Of a DNA stretch of 64,000 bases, positions 50,873 through 62,569 are shown in pieces (positions within the stretch are counted from its first letter, which is position 1; every line of letters begins with the position of its first letter). The notes under the pieces are model-generated. The model was given only the letters and a program-made list of their open reading frames with translations, searched no databases and was not told where the DNA came from. The DNA is taken from positions 998,755 to 1,062,754 of the forward strand of contig RHPI01002438.1 in NCBI GenBank assembly GCA_009103225.1. Reading direction: 5' to 3'. This stretch comes from Chlorokybus atmophyticus (taxonomy: Eukaryota > Plantae > Mesostigma and Chlorokybus algae). The translations under genes were made by a program, and so were the position numbers.

Positions 50873-53843
50873 GGCAGGCACCACGGGTTGACAAGCTGCG
50901 CATGAGTGCGACTGTTAGACTCAATGTTGTAGGGTAGTTTTATACGCAAGTCGGCTGCTCAGTTGCAAGTGGACGTACTCTCACCACTGCCGGTACATTG
51001 TATATATTGTGGGCTTATATATTGTAAGACCAAATAATTAGTCCAAGGTTTGTACAAGCTGCATGGCATGTCAGTGTTGGCTTACGGCAAGAATTGCCAA
51101 CTTTTGTCAAACGATAAGGGTCACATATATATAGCAGTGTAACGGCAAAGAAACTGCCGGCTATTGCTGTCAGCTATCCGTGACTACCGGCTAAGGGCTG
51201 TTTGTCACACACAACGACCAAAGGGTAACCGCTTGACAACTCTTGGCCGGTTAGTGTCACTGACAACCACTTTCGGCCTGCGGCTGTCTGTGTCAGTCCA
51301 CTCAAGCCAACGGCAAACCTAACATTCCAATAGTAACATTTCATGCAGCGGCAGGCAGGCTCAGGCAGGCTCAGGCACTCGTCAGTCCCTCAGTCCTTAA
51401 TCAGTCATCGTGTAAACTTTGCGACGACCGCAACGCGTCAAATTAAATAGTACATAAATCAGGCGGTAGCGTCGTTGAAAACGCAGTTGCCGAGCGCTGC
51501 GTAAAAAGCGCGAAGAAACTTTGGCGCGACACGGCAATGACGAACAACAACGGTGCGTTGAATGTCGCGCGCGTCAAAACGCGTTCTACACAGCGCGTAT
51601 CCATTGGTACGAGGTTGGACGGCACCCCACACCCCCTCAGACTCTTTGAATCTATCATACCAACAGCAATCACACCCTGTCCGGATTCGTGACAATGAGA
51701 TCTTATGTTATCCTAACCGATTTTGTTTCGCCGTCGGGCTATACAGCAGCCGAATTATGTTATACAACGGGTATACATTATTGCATACTTGAAGCAATTA
51801 CAATATTTACCATTAAACTGTCTCATTTCAAAGCACGACAACTATACCAATATATGCCGCTAGCTGTCCATGTGCCTAGATCTGTTTCAATCTACATCAC
51901 ATATCCTGAGTATCACAATGACGCACAAAATTCCTATTACGTGCGTTTGAATGCAAGTTGTAGTCTGATACATAGCACTACTTGAAAACAATTATCTAAT
52001 CTGTAGCTAGCAGGGGTCTAGTCTGCGAGAGTGAATTAAACACGACCAGCTTATGAGAGTATTCTATAGGTGAGTCATAATCCAGTTGCCTATGTATGAA
52101 GACTAGCTTGTCTCATTGTTTAACTACCTGTAGGGTAACCCAGTAGAGCAAACCCTAGTCCATATCTAATGTGCACCTACTTACTAACTACTTGCTATGC
52201 AGATGTGTTACACATGAATACGGAGGTGGATGTTGCAACAGCATAGCAAGTGCACACAAAGCTATGCATGCCATCACAATCGCATATAATGCCGGCATGT
52301 CAACATGATAGCATATGCTTTGTCATTTATTTGACATACTTACTGGCCAAATCGTCGTTATGTCGATGACATGCGGGGTGAGATCAACATCAATATACAC
52401 ACAACTTTTTGCTAGCACTGCGTCTAAACCAATGTGACGCATATGTGCCTTGCAGTACACGTACTGGTAACGTTTGTGATGTAACGTATATAACGTTTAT
52501 TGAACAATATCTTGTAGGGTGTTACCCTATGCATGTTGCATTCTGCAACTTTGTCCATGTGCAGCAGCTATCAATACAATTCCAAAACGATACACTTTGC
52601 TTCGTCCCGGGCATGTATGCATGTGCATCCGCATTGCCTCCTTATCTCATGTACCATATTTGAGCGAATATAACCCCCCCTACAAACAAAGCCCCCCCCC
52701 CCCCCCCCAAAATTTCNCGGGGGGGTGTTGTATTGATTCGGCTGAAGTCCATTTGTGGTGCCCCTTATATGTTAGCGGCTAGTCGTTGGTGTTAAGTTGT
52801 AGGGTGTGAAACAGTTCAAGTGATGGTTACTGATGGCGGCAGATGTTTGGGGTATGGGGCCCGCCCCGACCTCGTACCACTCAAAAAGCGCGCTTATAAC
52901 AGGTAACTATCGTTAGATTAGCGCCTAAAAGCCTGTATTCGGACTCGCCGTTAAGAATGGCGTTGCCGCTGAGATGCCTTTAACATTATTTTGAGCATCT
53001 TTGTAATGATTGCCATTTTTTTGCCTTTTTGGGGCAACGACCCTTGTCAAGTCTATACACCATTTGCTGTATACTCTATATAACTGAACGGTAATCCAAC
53101 GGCGCTATTTTCTAGTCAGTTAAATTGTAACGTTAAGGTGTTTAAGGTTAGCAATATTTTGCAGATTGTAACCTTTGGATTATGCACTGTGAACCGCTGC
53201 ATGTAACGTGGTAAAAACGTTACTCTTTATTGTACTACCTGAACATGTGTGTTACATGCCCATACCATATACACTATATATAATCATATGCCGCCATATG
53301 TGGAACTTGTTGTGCTTAAATTTTATTTTATTTATTTGGCGTACATTTGAATAGTTGCATGACGTGGGGATGTGCTTTGAATGGTCAAGCATCAGAGGTA
53401 GGCAGAGCCGCGCATGGTGCCGCCCGACAGCCTTTCAATCGCGAGTGCCTAGTTGTATGATGGCCCTTCATGGGGAAGGNGTAGGGGGGGGGGGGGGATG
53501 CGTGGGATGCGGGGGTGACCGTAAATGCCGCCATATGGTCATATAATGTGACCATTTGGCGGCGCCTTGTTATGGGCTACATCAAAGCTTATGCAATACC
53601 ATTGCTTATGTGCCATAATCATATGTTGTTGTACGCTATAATTTTATATATTCGTTATACACCATATCATATGTGCATTTCTTAAATGTATACATTTACA
53701 TAATATAAACTTAACATAACACGCACGCATATGCACTATGCAAGTGATACACTTGCATATTTAAGTTATGCAAGCGTAACACTTAGGGCTTAAAGCCGTA
53801 AGTTTGAGATTGTACCAATATTCATGTTCGGACCCTTAAGGTA

Positions 53844-54302
53844 CAGTCTACCCCCGTCTCCAAGAGAATAACCCCACTTGTAGCATACAATCTAAGTTTA
53901 TCAAAGATTTTATGGGCAAATGTTGGTGCTTAAGAGAATATCATGAACCACGCAAAACATATTTCGTTTTTGTGAAATTCTTGCAAATTCAAGTGTGCAT
54001 AATCCAAACATCGAGGGAGTAGTAGCGTGACGGGTGTGGCATAAGGCGTGATGAGCATGATGGACAAGGTGTAGAGGGTAAAGTGCGACGCGTATCTTGC
54101 GTGATGAGCGTGATGGCATAATAGACGTGACGTGATGCGCGTGACGTAATGGGCATGATGGGCGTAAAGAATCTGCATTTATAGCATATATATGCTCTTA
54201 ACGTTCAAGAGCATGTTATGCTCTGAGACGTCAAGAGCATAACCCCGCTACGAGCATTTGATCTTGGAGGATAGACAGTATGCTCTAAAAGGGGGTAGAC
54301 TG
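53844..54302. mobile_element. Non-autonomous Tc1/mariner(pogo)-like MITE, 459 bp
   Basis: TA|CAGTCTACCCCC (53844-53855) ... GGGGGTAGACTG (54291-54302)|TA: perfect 12-bp TIRs with TA duplication; subterminal CTCCAAGA/TCTTGGAG also paired; no ORF. Confidence 0.8.
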
Positions 54303-54970
54303 TACAGTGCAGGTATACAGTTGTACCTGATCACATTGGAACATTAACTGTACCACGCACACATAACGCATACGTGCACCGTGAATGTTGTGCTCAATTT
54401 GAATATTCATTCGCATATACTTTGAGCAATTGCACGACATGGAGATGTGCTTTGAAAGGTTGCGATCGTTTAACACAGATCGAATGGCCGACAGTTGATT
54501 GAATCGCCGCCTAGCCAATGAGAGGCAGGCGGGCTGCGCGGTATGCTCTGAAGGCAGGTAGTTTCGGGTGCCGTATGTGATGGCCCTGGTGGTGCGCGTG
54601 TGATGTGTCTTTGTGTCCTACTGCCCGCCGGCCCAATCCCGCCCAATCAGCCGCACCGCTAGTTATAATAGCGGGGTCCATTCACAGAATAATGGTGCCT
54701 TCGACAACATGTAGCACGTGCATGATGCATCGCTCACCCGCAAGTAAAAGAGCGGATTTAAAAGAGCGAGTCGCATGCGGCAGGCTTCCACGTGACGGCA
54801 CTGCCGTATGCCGCAGTAGATGCATCCCACTGACAACGCGGTGCTCGTCGTCGTCGTCGTCGTCGTTAGAGGTGAAAGCCAAGGCGGCGGGACAGAGGCA
54901 GTGAGGAGGGGTGTGAAAGGCGCTTGTGGCGCACTGATGGGGCGGGGCGGGGCGGCCAATTGTAGTATAC

Positions 54971-56280
54971 TTGCGGGCGCGGGGGGCGCCCACGACGCCG
55001 CCCGGCGAGTGGAGTGCAGGGCTGTGCGATTGCTGCGCTGACGGCCCCTTCTCCTGCTGGCAATCTATTACTTTGCGATGCTTGGTGATTCACCTGGGCG
55101 TTTTGCACCACATCTTTTCCAGCATGGCTTCTGGCTTCAACTTGCGACGCCTCTCTCGTCGTCCCAACTGTCTGGCGCTTTATCTGCTTGCGTGCAGCAA
55201 CTCGCATAGCCTCCATGACGGTTTTTGTGTTTGTCTTTTCGTCTGTATCAACGCTGAATTGGCGCTGTGTCAACGCTGTATCGACGCTGCCAAAGAGTGC
55301 ATGCAAGAGGTCAACTGAAGATCGGTATTATGCTGAGCTGGCATGAACACATGCGAGAGCAGTATCGAAACAAGCTGTCTGTACAGTACACGTAAATGCC
55401 TCTGCTTGAAAGAGTTGCCAGTGCTCAAGCAGGTTCCGCTACTTGCTGTGGCTGTCAAGTGTTACACATTCTAGTAGCTGTAGTGTGACTGTTAAATGTA
55501 ATCACACAATTGACTTGTTTGGCATGTTAGGGTTTCGCTGCTGTGCCCGTGCATGACAGTGGGGGCGGAATGCTTCACGCGTGGATGATACTGATCGCTG
55601 CGTTGCCTCTTGCCTTTGGTGCGCCGTCTGCGCCGCCGGCTGGTCGCTCGGCCTCATGCCTACTGGCTTAGGCTGGTGCTACAAGTGAGTGCATTGCAAG
55701 TGCATGCCTGCGTGATGTAGCCACCTCATTTCTCTTCCTTGCACATGGACATGCGTAGCTCATTAGTCTGGCTCGAAGCACTGCAAGGGCTAAGCAAGGT
55801 TCTGTTGCTTGCACGCATTACGCTGTGCATGTTGTTGGTTGCAGCATGTATGTGGCGTTGTTCGGCGGTGCTGAATTAATGTGGGTTTCGTGTGGTGTGA
55901 GCAGTGCTGGTCAATGTGCGCGGCTGTGAGCAGAGTACAACCTGCCGGAGACACCGTGCGGAGACTGCGTGCACCTCTTGTGTCTGCCGTGCACATTGTG
56001 TCAGGAGAACAGGGAGCTGAAGTACCGCAGGAGCCATCATCATCATCCTTCCAACCATCAGTTGTACGGGTCTCTGCTTGCGCACTCTCCAAGCGTGCAG
56101 ACCATGCCGAACAGACGACAGCAACATGAGCGTCATGCCGACGCACACAACCATCACCATTGTGAACAGCAACATGATGGAAAGGCCTGCTGCCCCCACC
56201 ACCGCCATACTACCCGCCTTCGGCAACCGCTGCGACCCAAGTACATGCCTAAGGACCCCAATAAGCGCGCTTACGAGTAG
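54971..56280 (+). pseudogene. PLAC8 (Cys-rich) family gene with a frameshift and a nonsense codon
   Basis: EWSAGLCDCCADG..C / LLCPCM[+1 nt at about 55556]QWGRNASRVDDTDRCVASCLWC / ..ARL*(55927)[31 protein letters not shown]; 5' start uncertain. Confidence 0.75.
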
Positions 56281-57277
56281 TACTGCTGTTAGACGTTTTG
56301 GGCTTGCGCCCTGGCCTCCCCTGCAGAAGTGTGGGGTGGCAAACGTAGTTGTGGCTGTCGTGGACTGATTTTGGAACTCTTCGTTGCGCATATCATTGGA
56401 CAGCTTGTACAGCAACTGTTTGGATAACAAATGAAGTTCTGTTCACAAATGCACGCATACAAGCGGTAGATAAAGGACATGTCCATGGCAGTTGCTTATG
56501 TTGCGCTTGTGACTGAATGGGAAGCTTATGCACAACTGTGCAAGGTACTCGCTGTATAGGCGTCTAAAGGACATCTGCATAGGTAGCACCTTATACGGTG
56601 CTTACATGGTTGTGACTACCGCAGTGACATGTTACACACCCAGCGCTTGCAGCTGCGGCCCGGTGGCATACTCATCACTCATTTCACCTTGCATGGGCAT
56701 TATACAGTTTGATGTTAAGCTAGGCAACCACTCAAGCACAGAAGCCATCCACACTACCAGAAACTGTTTGCAGTATGGATGTTGTATGCATTAGGTGGCG
56801 GTGCTATCCGGAGACCTGTCGGCCAGCATGCTGGCTTTGCACTGTGTTTTTGTATGATTATGAGTAGATGTGCATACATGCACATGTACTCAATTTGTGC
56901 AGTCAAGTTCAGCTTTGGTCAACAAGTGCCAGTGCAGCTAGGGTAAAGTGTGCAGTCAAGTCACGACTGCTGTGCAGCTAGTGCAGCTCCAGTCAGAAGT
57001 GCTACAGTACAGTAAAGTTCAGCTCCAACCAAGTGCTTCTGATGGTGTTGCAGATGACCAGACCAATTGGTCACCCTCGAGCGTGCTCAAGTCGACCTGA
57101 CACAAAGAAGGGAGTGCGAGCCTCTGCATAGTTTATGCATGATGTTGTGTGCGTGCCTGTGCGTGTGGGTATGCGTGTGTTTGGCGATCTTGCTCAAGGA
57201 GAACGTGCACGACGTCTGAACACACAATATCGGGTGCATGTGTAACATGTGATATGCAAAGAGTTCTCTCTAGCAAC

Positions 57278-57640
57278 TTACTTCTTAGGCGAGCCTCGCA
57301 GGAAATGCCGCAGACCGCGCTCGTGGCTGGCGCCCATCTCACGCAGTCCGCGTTCATGGCTTGATCCAACATGGCCGACGCCACGCGCAACCTCGCGCAG
57401 TCCGCGTTCGTGGCTTGATCCAACATGGCCGACGCCACGCGCAACCTCGCGCAGTCCGCGTTCGTGGCTGGATCCCAGATGCCCAAGGCCATTCCACAGG
57501 GCGACGCTAAGAATGAGCATGGCTACGGGCATGGATGTGAGGAATTCACGCCAGAACGGTTGCGCCGCGGGCGGCGGTGCTTGAGCGGGGGCGTCCGCCG
57601 CCGCCTGGCCTTCAGGAATCAGCCGCGGTTCGTCAGCCAT
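57278..57640 (-). CDS. 120-aa single-pass membrane protein with 18-aa tandem repeats
   Basis: Intronless ORF MADEPRL..FLTSMPVAMLILSVALWNGLGHL then (GSSHERGLREVARGVGHV) x2 plus partial copies; 54-bp DNA repeat preserving the frame. Confidence 0.6.
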   Translation of the reverse strand: MADEPRLIPEGQAAADAPAQAPPPAAQPFWREFLTSMPVAMLILSVALWNGLGHLGSSHERGLREVARGVGHVGSSHERGLREVARGVGHVGSSHERGLREMGASHERGLRHFLRGSPKK

Positions 57641-58018
57641 AACCCCGCTCACTTCAACCACCCCGCTGCCTCCCCCGCCCGCCTCCCTCTCCCGTCTAAC
57701 CACACACCCACACAACGCCGCTCCTAGTGCGCTTCCAGCCCTCTGCCTTGCTGCTCCTTACCACCATGCCGCCAGCACACGCACCGCGAACGACAGAGTC
57801 TCCACAGGCGTAGGCTTAGTAGGCCTGCCCTACACGCCGCCGCTGCGACGCCCCTCAGCCGACTAGCTTGTCATCGCTGACCATGTGATGCGCCATCAGG
57901 CCTCGGACTAGGACTGCCCATCCATCACGTGTGCCAAGACACGCTCAGACTGAACGACGCCGTCGCTCACGTTACGGCTTTCAACGAACGTGAGCGTGTC
58001 CTGCCCACCACCTGTCTG

Positions 58019-58019
<1 letters not shown>

Positions 58020-58052
<33 letters not shown>
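58020..58052. repeat. (CGG)11 microsatellite upstream of GPN1
   Basis: Direct reading. Confidence 0.97.
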
Positions 58053-58146
58053 ACTAGCTGCTGAAGCTCAGCACGCAGCGAGAGAGAAGCTTGAGCAGCG
58101 AAGCGTAGGACGTGATTGGGGTAATTGTTGCGGTGTTGCTAGGAGC

Positions 58147-60406
58147 ATGGCGGCCAGGGGCGGCGACGAGGCGCCGTCCAGCAGCGGTAGCGCCGGTGTC
58201 GCTGGTGTCGGCGGTGTCGGCGGGGATGGCCCCGTTGTCGTCATCGTCATCGGCATGGCCGGTAGCGGCAAGACTACCCTCATGCAGCGCCTGACTTCAC
58301 ACCTGAGAAGCAGCCAGAAACGAGGGCAAGTAGCAGATTTTCATCAAGAGTTGTGTGCATGATTGCTCGCACATTGCATGCACTGGTCGTGACAGCATCA
58401 TCACGCCTGAAGATGAATTGCTACGCAAAGTAGTTAAAAGTGCACTGAGCCAAAAACACAATATTAGCAACGAGTTCCTCACCTCCTCATTGTCCATGCA
58501 TGGCAATCTGAGCACTACACTGCAAATCGCATAGGGGCAGAGGTGTTGCATACTGTGTCAGTAGTCTTGGTCGTTTGCGTGCATGCATTCTTGCAAGCAT
58601 GCATGCATGTAGATTGCTGCTGACCTCCAATGCATGTAGCGCAGGACGCTTGTAGCATGCCTTCTTGCACTTCTTGCACAACTGTCTTGCACATCCTTTG
58701 TGTGTCGGCAGTGCGACACACAGTTCTTCTTGATTGTTCAAAAGCAACAAACACAACCCACGAAATGGAGGCAATCCTGTTTACTTTTTCCTTTCATGCC
58801 TAGGTACGTGCTGAATCTGGACCCGGCTGTAACGAGTCTTCCATACGGTGCAAACATTGACATTCGGGACACGGTTGACTACAAGGCAAGTGCACTCTCT
58901 ATGCACACAGCTCACATGCGTGCTTGTACACGCACACGTGCACACATGCACGCGTACGCGTACGTGCATGGTGCGTCCGTACGCATGCGCATGTACGTGT
59001 CTGTGTGTGTACGGCTCTGCATGTGTATGTCTGTGTCTCTTGCCCTCTGCAATGTGTCTGTTTCCATGTCAGGGCGTGATGCGGCAGTACGGCCTCGGCC
59101 CAAACGGCGGCATCCTCACTGCACTCAATTTGTTCGCCACAAAGTTTGATGACGTGGTGGCCCTCTGTGAAAAGCGACGAGGAGAGGTGCTGTGTCTGAC
59201 TATGGCTGCACGCTCACTATGTTGGCATTGTTGAGACGTTTCCCTCTAATTAGAGTGAAGCGAGAGCTGGTGGTGTATGGTTGTCGCATGCGGGTGTACT
59301 TTGCGCGCGTGTATGTGCGAGCGCGTGGGTATATCTCCAGTATTGAACTTTTATTCTCAGGTAGATTACATCCTTGTGGACACCCCCGGGCAGATAGAGA
59401 TCTTCACGTGGTCGGCGTCAGGTGCTATCATTACGGAAGCCTTCGCGTCCACCTTCCCAACAATAGTGTGTTATGTTGCTGACACCCCGCGCTCTGCTGC
59501 CCCGGTCACCTTTATGTCCAACATGCTCTACGCCTGCAGGTATTCACCACTACGTATACATTTGTTGCATTGCGCACAAACCCGCTCGCTAACGTGCTGT
59601 GCTTCTGTGTGCATTACTCGACCACTCATGCACAGATGGTGTATGTATTCATCGACCATTGTGCTGTGCAGTATATTGTACAAGACGCGGTTGCCGCTGC
59701 TGCTTGCCTTCAATAAAACCGACGTCATTAACCATGAGTTTGCTATTGAGTGGATGAAAGACTTTGAGGCCTTTCAGGTTTGTGGGGGTGTGTTCTGTTG
59801 CTGGCGTATGCAACAAGCACCATTGAACAGAGCTCACTGCATCGCATAAAATGCTGGATGATAGACGCATGGCATGTGACAGCCACATGATCACAGTAGA
59901 AGAACAGCCTTCGAGCGTACTTGTTGTACGTATGCAGGCTGCGCTGGAGGGCGACACATCCTACGTTTCGAGTCTCAGTAGATCGCTCGGCCTCGTGCTT
60001 GACGAGTTCTACCGAAACCTCAATCCGGTTGGCGTTTCAGCAGTCACTGGTGCAGGTTGGTGTGTTCTTGTGTGTGTTACACTCCAGTACTGCTGTCATG
60101 ACACGCTTTCCCGTTGCTTTATGCAACCCTTCTCATGCAGGTATGGACGATTTTTTCGGGGCAGTGCAGGCTGGTGCAAAAGAGTATCGGGAATTCTATG
60201 CAAAGGAGTTGGAGGAAAGGAAAAGGAATAAAGCGGAGCGTGAGGAGGCGCAAAAGAAAGAGCAGATGGAGCGGTTCAACCGGGACTTTGCGACGGATAC
60301 AAAGGGGCAGAGAGTCGTGCTGGATAGCAGGCCGGACGTCGAGGAGTTTGATGAGGAAGATAGCGAGGAAGATGAAGAGGAGGACTTGGACTATGATGAC
60401 GAGTGA
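58147..60406 (+). CDS. GPN1: GPN-loop GTPase 1 (XAB1)
   Basis: Exons 58147-58325, 58804-58885, 59073-59186, 59361-59539, 59672-59777, 59938-60055, 60141-60406. [74 protein letters not shown], acidic tail. Confidence 0.97.
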
Positions 60407-62569
60407 TGCTTGCGGCTTGTAGTACTGGTTGGCATGGAAGTGGTGTGATGAATGCGAAATGATCATGGCATGTTCCGTCTGCTTGCATAGAGACGGCTCA
60501 GGCGAAGGTGATGTTGATTGGTGAATGTTGTTGCTGATGCATGGTCAAGCATGGTAGCGTTGAATTGTGTCCACACGACATGTTAATACAAGGCTAAGCA
60601 CTATAATATGCATGTTGCATGTTCATGCTGGATCAGCAGAAAACCTCTTAAACAAAGTGCAATGTATTCTATGTATAGTTATGGCAAAAGCCGTGCAAGG
60701 TAGTTATCTCATGATCTGTTTCTCACTCACTATTAGTGTTTGCTTTACAGCAGATTTATGGGCATGGTACACAGCAGATGGGGCCAATCAGTCAAGCAAA
60801 CAAGCACAGCAAGTCTTGATAGAATCGCGCAAGCAAGGGCAAACCAACGGGGTGGGGGGGCCCCACTAGGCTATAGCTAAGTGCACTAGCTATAGACTGG
60901 GGGAGGAGTGGGGGCAGAGGGAAGGGGTAGTGGTAAGCAGCAAAGGAAGCACTTGCAAAGCATTGTAGTGCACTGCGGAGGAGGGAGAAGTGAGCCAGCC
61001 AGCCAGCGCCGCCACTCACCACGACCAAGACTTATGCGAATGCCTAATGCCCCCGGGTATACGCCGTTCATGGTGGGCGATTGTACGTTGTGCGCAGCAC
61101 AATCACAAAATTATAGATTGCAATTGCACGCAGTAACTCCACTGAATGTCGTCGTACATTGTTCAATAATGCCATGTACCTCTTTTCACACAATAATGAG
61201 AGAGATGATCGGTATAAAAAATGTAACATTACATTAATAAGTTAACCAAATGGGCATACTTGTATGATAAGCGTGTTTAAACACTAATGTTACTAAACAC
61301 ATCCAAATATGTGTTACGTCACACCTTCACATGCCATTGCAAGTCAAGTCGATGTGCGCATGAACAACATCCAGCAATGCCTTTACTTAAGGTTTTATTT
61401 GTGTTCTGTAAATTTATGGAGAACTTTGCAAATTTTAATGAAATAACATAATTCATCAAAGTTGTCAATCGTGTGAAGACTTGCAAATAATGATTGCCGC
61501 TTGACATGGCTTGTAAGCAGTGAGTGTGCCATACTGTTGCGCATTGTTTATGTAAGGAACAGTGTTTCAACTGACCATGTCAATCGACGGTAATAGTATA
61601 TACCGCGCAGGTTGCTTTTGCAACAGATTGCAATGCAATGCATGAGTGACAGGGGCATTTGAATTCGGCAATTAATGCAATGATGTTATTGTAAGAACAC
61701 GGGCTTCTGAACTTGCTAGTGGCTCCAGTACTTTTACAACAGCCAATTGATGCCAGTGTGTTACACATATTTCCCATATGTGCTTGCGTGTTTTTGGTTG
61801 TAATGCAAAATGTTTGAATGTATTTCGGGCTCCTCCATTGTACCTTATTCAAATAAACCACCATTACAGCACATACATCGAACATGTGTGGATTAAAGAT
61901 AAATTGCCAAAGAATTTCACATATAACGCCTCGCACAGATGTCGACAAGGCCATTGGCTCAGGAAAAGCACATGAGCAAGTATAAGTATAGAAAACAAGT
62001 CCTCCATATGCTATTGGGCCAGTAAAAGCACAAGAGAAAGTATAAGTATAAAGAACAGGTCCACGCACATCACGTGCAACGCATGCATTTACTTAAAAGC
62101 AGAGCATGTAGGCTGTGGTGGCGTTGTTGACAAAATGCGTGATGATGTGGGTGTTTTGCTGTGAGCTTGATGCATAAAGTGTTATCATGGATTCCCATAC
62201 CCTGTGCTGCATAGGCAGCCTATGATGCATGGGCAGCCTGTGATAGGCCATGCTGCTTAGGCTGAGCATCACACATGAGCCACAACGGACAGTAGTCAGT
62301 GACCGTGTACTAATGTAAATGCTGTCAATGCTTGCGTGGTTTAATAAAGATAGAATACACTGCCTGTTTTGGCGCAAGCCAACGCGCGCCGTTTGGTGGG
62401 ATCCGCGAACGCCGACGTCGTTAACATTGTCGACCACACCGATGTGGCCACACATCCGCTGGACGGCGGCGTAGCGACCTGTGTGGCGTGAGCCATGCTG
62501 GTGTACACCTGCTTGTGGAGGCGTGCGCCACTACCGTTGTTGACGAGCGCCGCCGTCCTTAGCTAAGGC

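Larger units (their letters stand above)
37150..50900. mobile_element. Putative large, decayed Plavaka-type DNA transposon with multi-gene cargo (boundaries uncertain)
   Basis: Contiguous run of disrupted ORFs (unknown, ZnF-OTU-RING, PHD/Tudor, C5-MTase, Plavaka transposase, unknown) between intact host genes, sharing GTACCAT motif clusters. True termini and TSD were not identified. Confidence 0.6.

Noticed and set aside
37150-50900. Endogenous giant virus, virophage or Polinton interpretation (OTU, RING and MTase are common viral genes)
   Set aside because: No capsid, packaging ATPase, family-B polymerase or primase-helicase was recognised; the genes have spliceosomal introns and a Plavaka transposase is present. 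Viral origin of the MTase alone remains possible
37150-50900. TET/JBP dioxygenase cargo, as expected from fungal Plavaka/KDZ elements
   Set aside because: No HxD...H...R 2OG-Fe(II) signature was recognised in any frame examined; a decayed copy cannot be excluded
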